A stretch of DNA of 64,000 bases, from positions 62,001-126,000 of the forward strand of contig JAUCBJ010008661.1 of NCBI GenBank assembly GCA_032718475.1, given 5' to 3'. The translations under genes and the position numbers were made by a program. The notes beneath the pieces were generated by a model, which made no database searches, was not told the origin of the DNA, and was given only the letters and a program-made list of their open reading frames with translations. The number at the start of each line of letters is the position of its first letter. Positions within the stretch are counted from its first letter, which is position 1. Below are positions 63,301-64,000 of this stretch, piece by piece. The stretch comes from Nemertoderma westbladi. Taxonomy: Eukaryota; Animalia; Xenacoelomorpha.

Positions 63301-63956
63301 ATGGAGTTCGTGGTTCCGTGGAAGGTTTCTCGTGTATGGAGTTCGTGGATCTGTGGATGGGTTCTCGTGTATGGAGTTCGTGGTTCCGTGGAAGGTTTCT
63401 CGTGTATGGAGTTCGTGGATCTGTGGATGGGTTCTCGTGTATGGAGTTCGTGGATCTGTGGATGGGTTCTCGTGTATGGAGTTCGTGGATCTGTGGATGG
63501 GTTCTCGTGTATGGAGTTCGTGGATCTGTGGATGGGTTCTCGTGCATGGAGTTCGTGGATCTGTGGATGGGTTCTCGTGTATGGAGTTCGTGGTTCCGTG
63601 GAAGGTTTCTCGTGTATGGAGTTCGTGGATCTGTGGATGGGTTCTCGTGTATGGAGTTCGTGGATCTGTGGATGGGTTCTCGTGTATGGAGTTCGTGGAT
63701 CTGTGGATGGGTTCTCGTGTATGGAGTTCGTGGATCTGTGGATGGGTTCTCGTGTATGGAGTTCGTGGATCTGTGGATGGGTTCTCGTGTATGGAGTTCG
63801 TGGATCTGTGGATGGGTTCTCGTGTATGGAGTTCGTGGATCTGTGGATGGGTTCTCGTGTATGGAGTTCGTGGTTCCGTGGAAGGGTTCTCGTGTTGGAG
63901 TTCGTGGATCCGTGGATCCGTGGATGTGTTCTCGTATATGGAGTTTGTAGATCCGT
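30387..63956 (+). repeat. ~33.6-kb satellite array of a 35-bp monomer (consensus ATGGAGTTCGTGGATC(C/T)GTGGATGGGTTCTCGTGT), roughly 960 copies
   Basis: Continuous head-to-tail units in a single orientation, with 34-bp, 43-bp and shorter variants; both edges are inside the window. Confidence 0.98.
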
Positions 63957-64000
63957 TATGAATGAGAAATATCGAATATTGGGGAACGCGTTGGATAGGA

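Noticed and set aside
30387-63956. CRISPR array (35-bp repeat length)
   Set aside because: Units are directly adjacent with no unique spacers, there are no cas genes, and the context is eukaryotic TEs.
30288-63961. Hundreds of long ORFs (up to 1593 aa) on both strands of the satellite
   Set aside because: The 35-bp consensus has no stop codon in any of the six frames and 35 is not a multiple of 3, so the same peptide cycle appears in all frames. 34-bp and 43-bp variants shift frame freely, so there is no sign of coding constraint.

Overview
Gene-free, repeat-saturated eukaryotic (probably invertebrate) heterochromatin-like window. Bases 1-19.8 kb hold two related BEL/Pao LTR retrotransposons arranged tail-to-tail. 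Copy A is on + (1-9060, 5' part outside the window). Copy B is on - (10084-19797, decayed and internally deleted). Both carry an unusual 3' cargo between pol and the 3' LTR. The first part is a ~1.6-kb non-coding spacer packed with hairpins that are conserved between the copies, some with compensatory changes. The second part is a large non-env ORF (probably one ~1417-aa protein split by one extra C in copy A) with a putative Zn finger, a coiled coil, a WRN/EXD/RNase-D-like DEDDy 3'-5' exonuclease domain, three CCHC-type zinc motifs and a basic tail. Copy B has no tRNA-type PBS; the 11 nt after its 5' LTR are instead complementary to a conserved LTR site, which hints at Tf1-like self-priming. 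Bases 19.8-30.3 kb contain two 5'-truncated LINEs with TSDs (one RTE/RTE-X-like), a TTAA-flanked piggyBac-type MITE and other MITE fragments. Bases 30.4-63.96 kb are one complete ~33.6-kb array of a 35-bp satellite with nested higher-order duplications and layered variant domains. The many long ORFs there are artefacts of a stop-free monomer. All domain calls are by eye from motifs; no searches were run.
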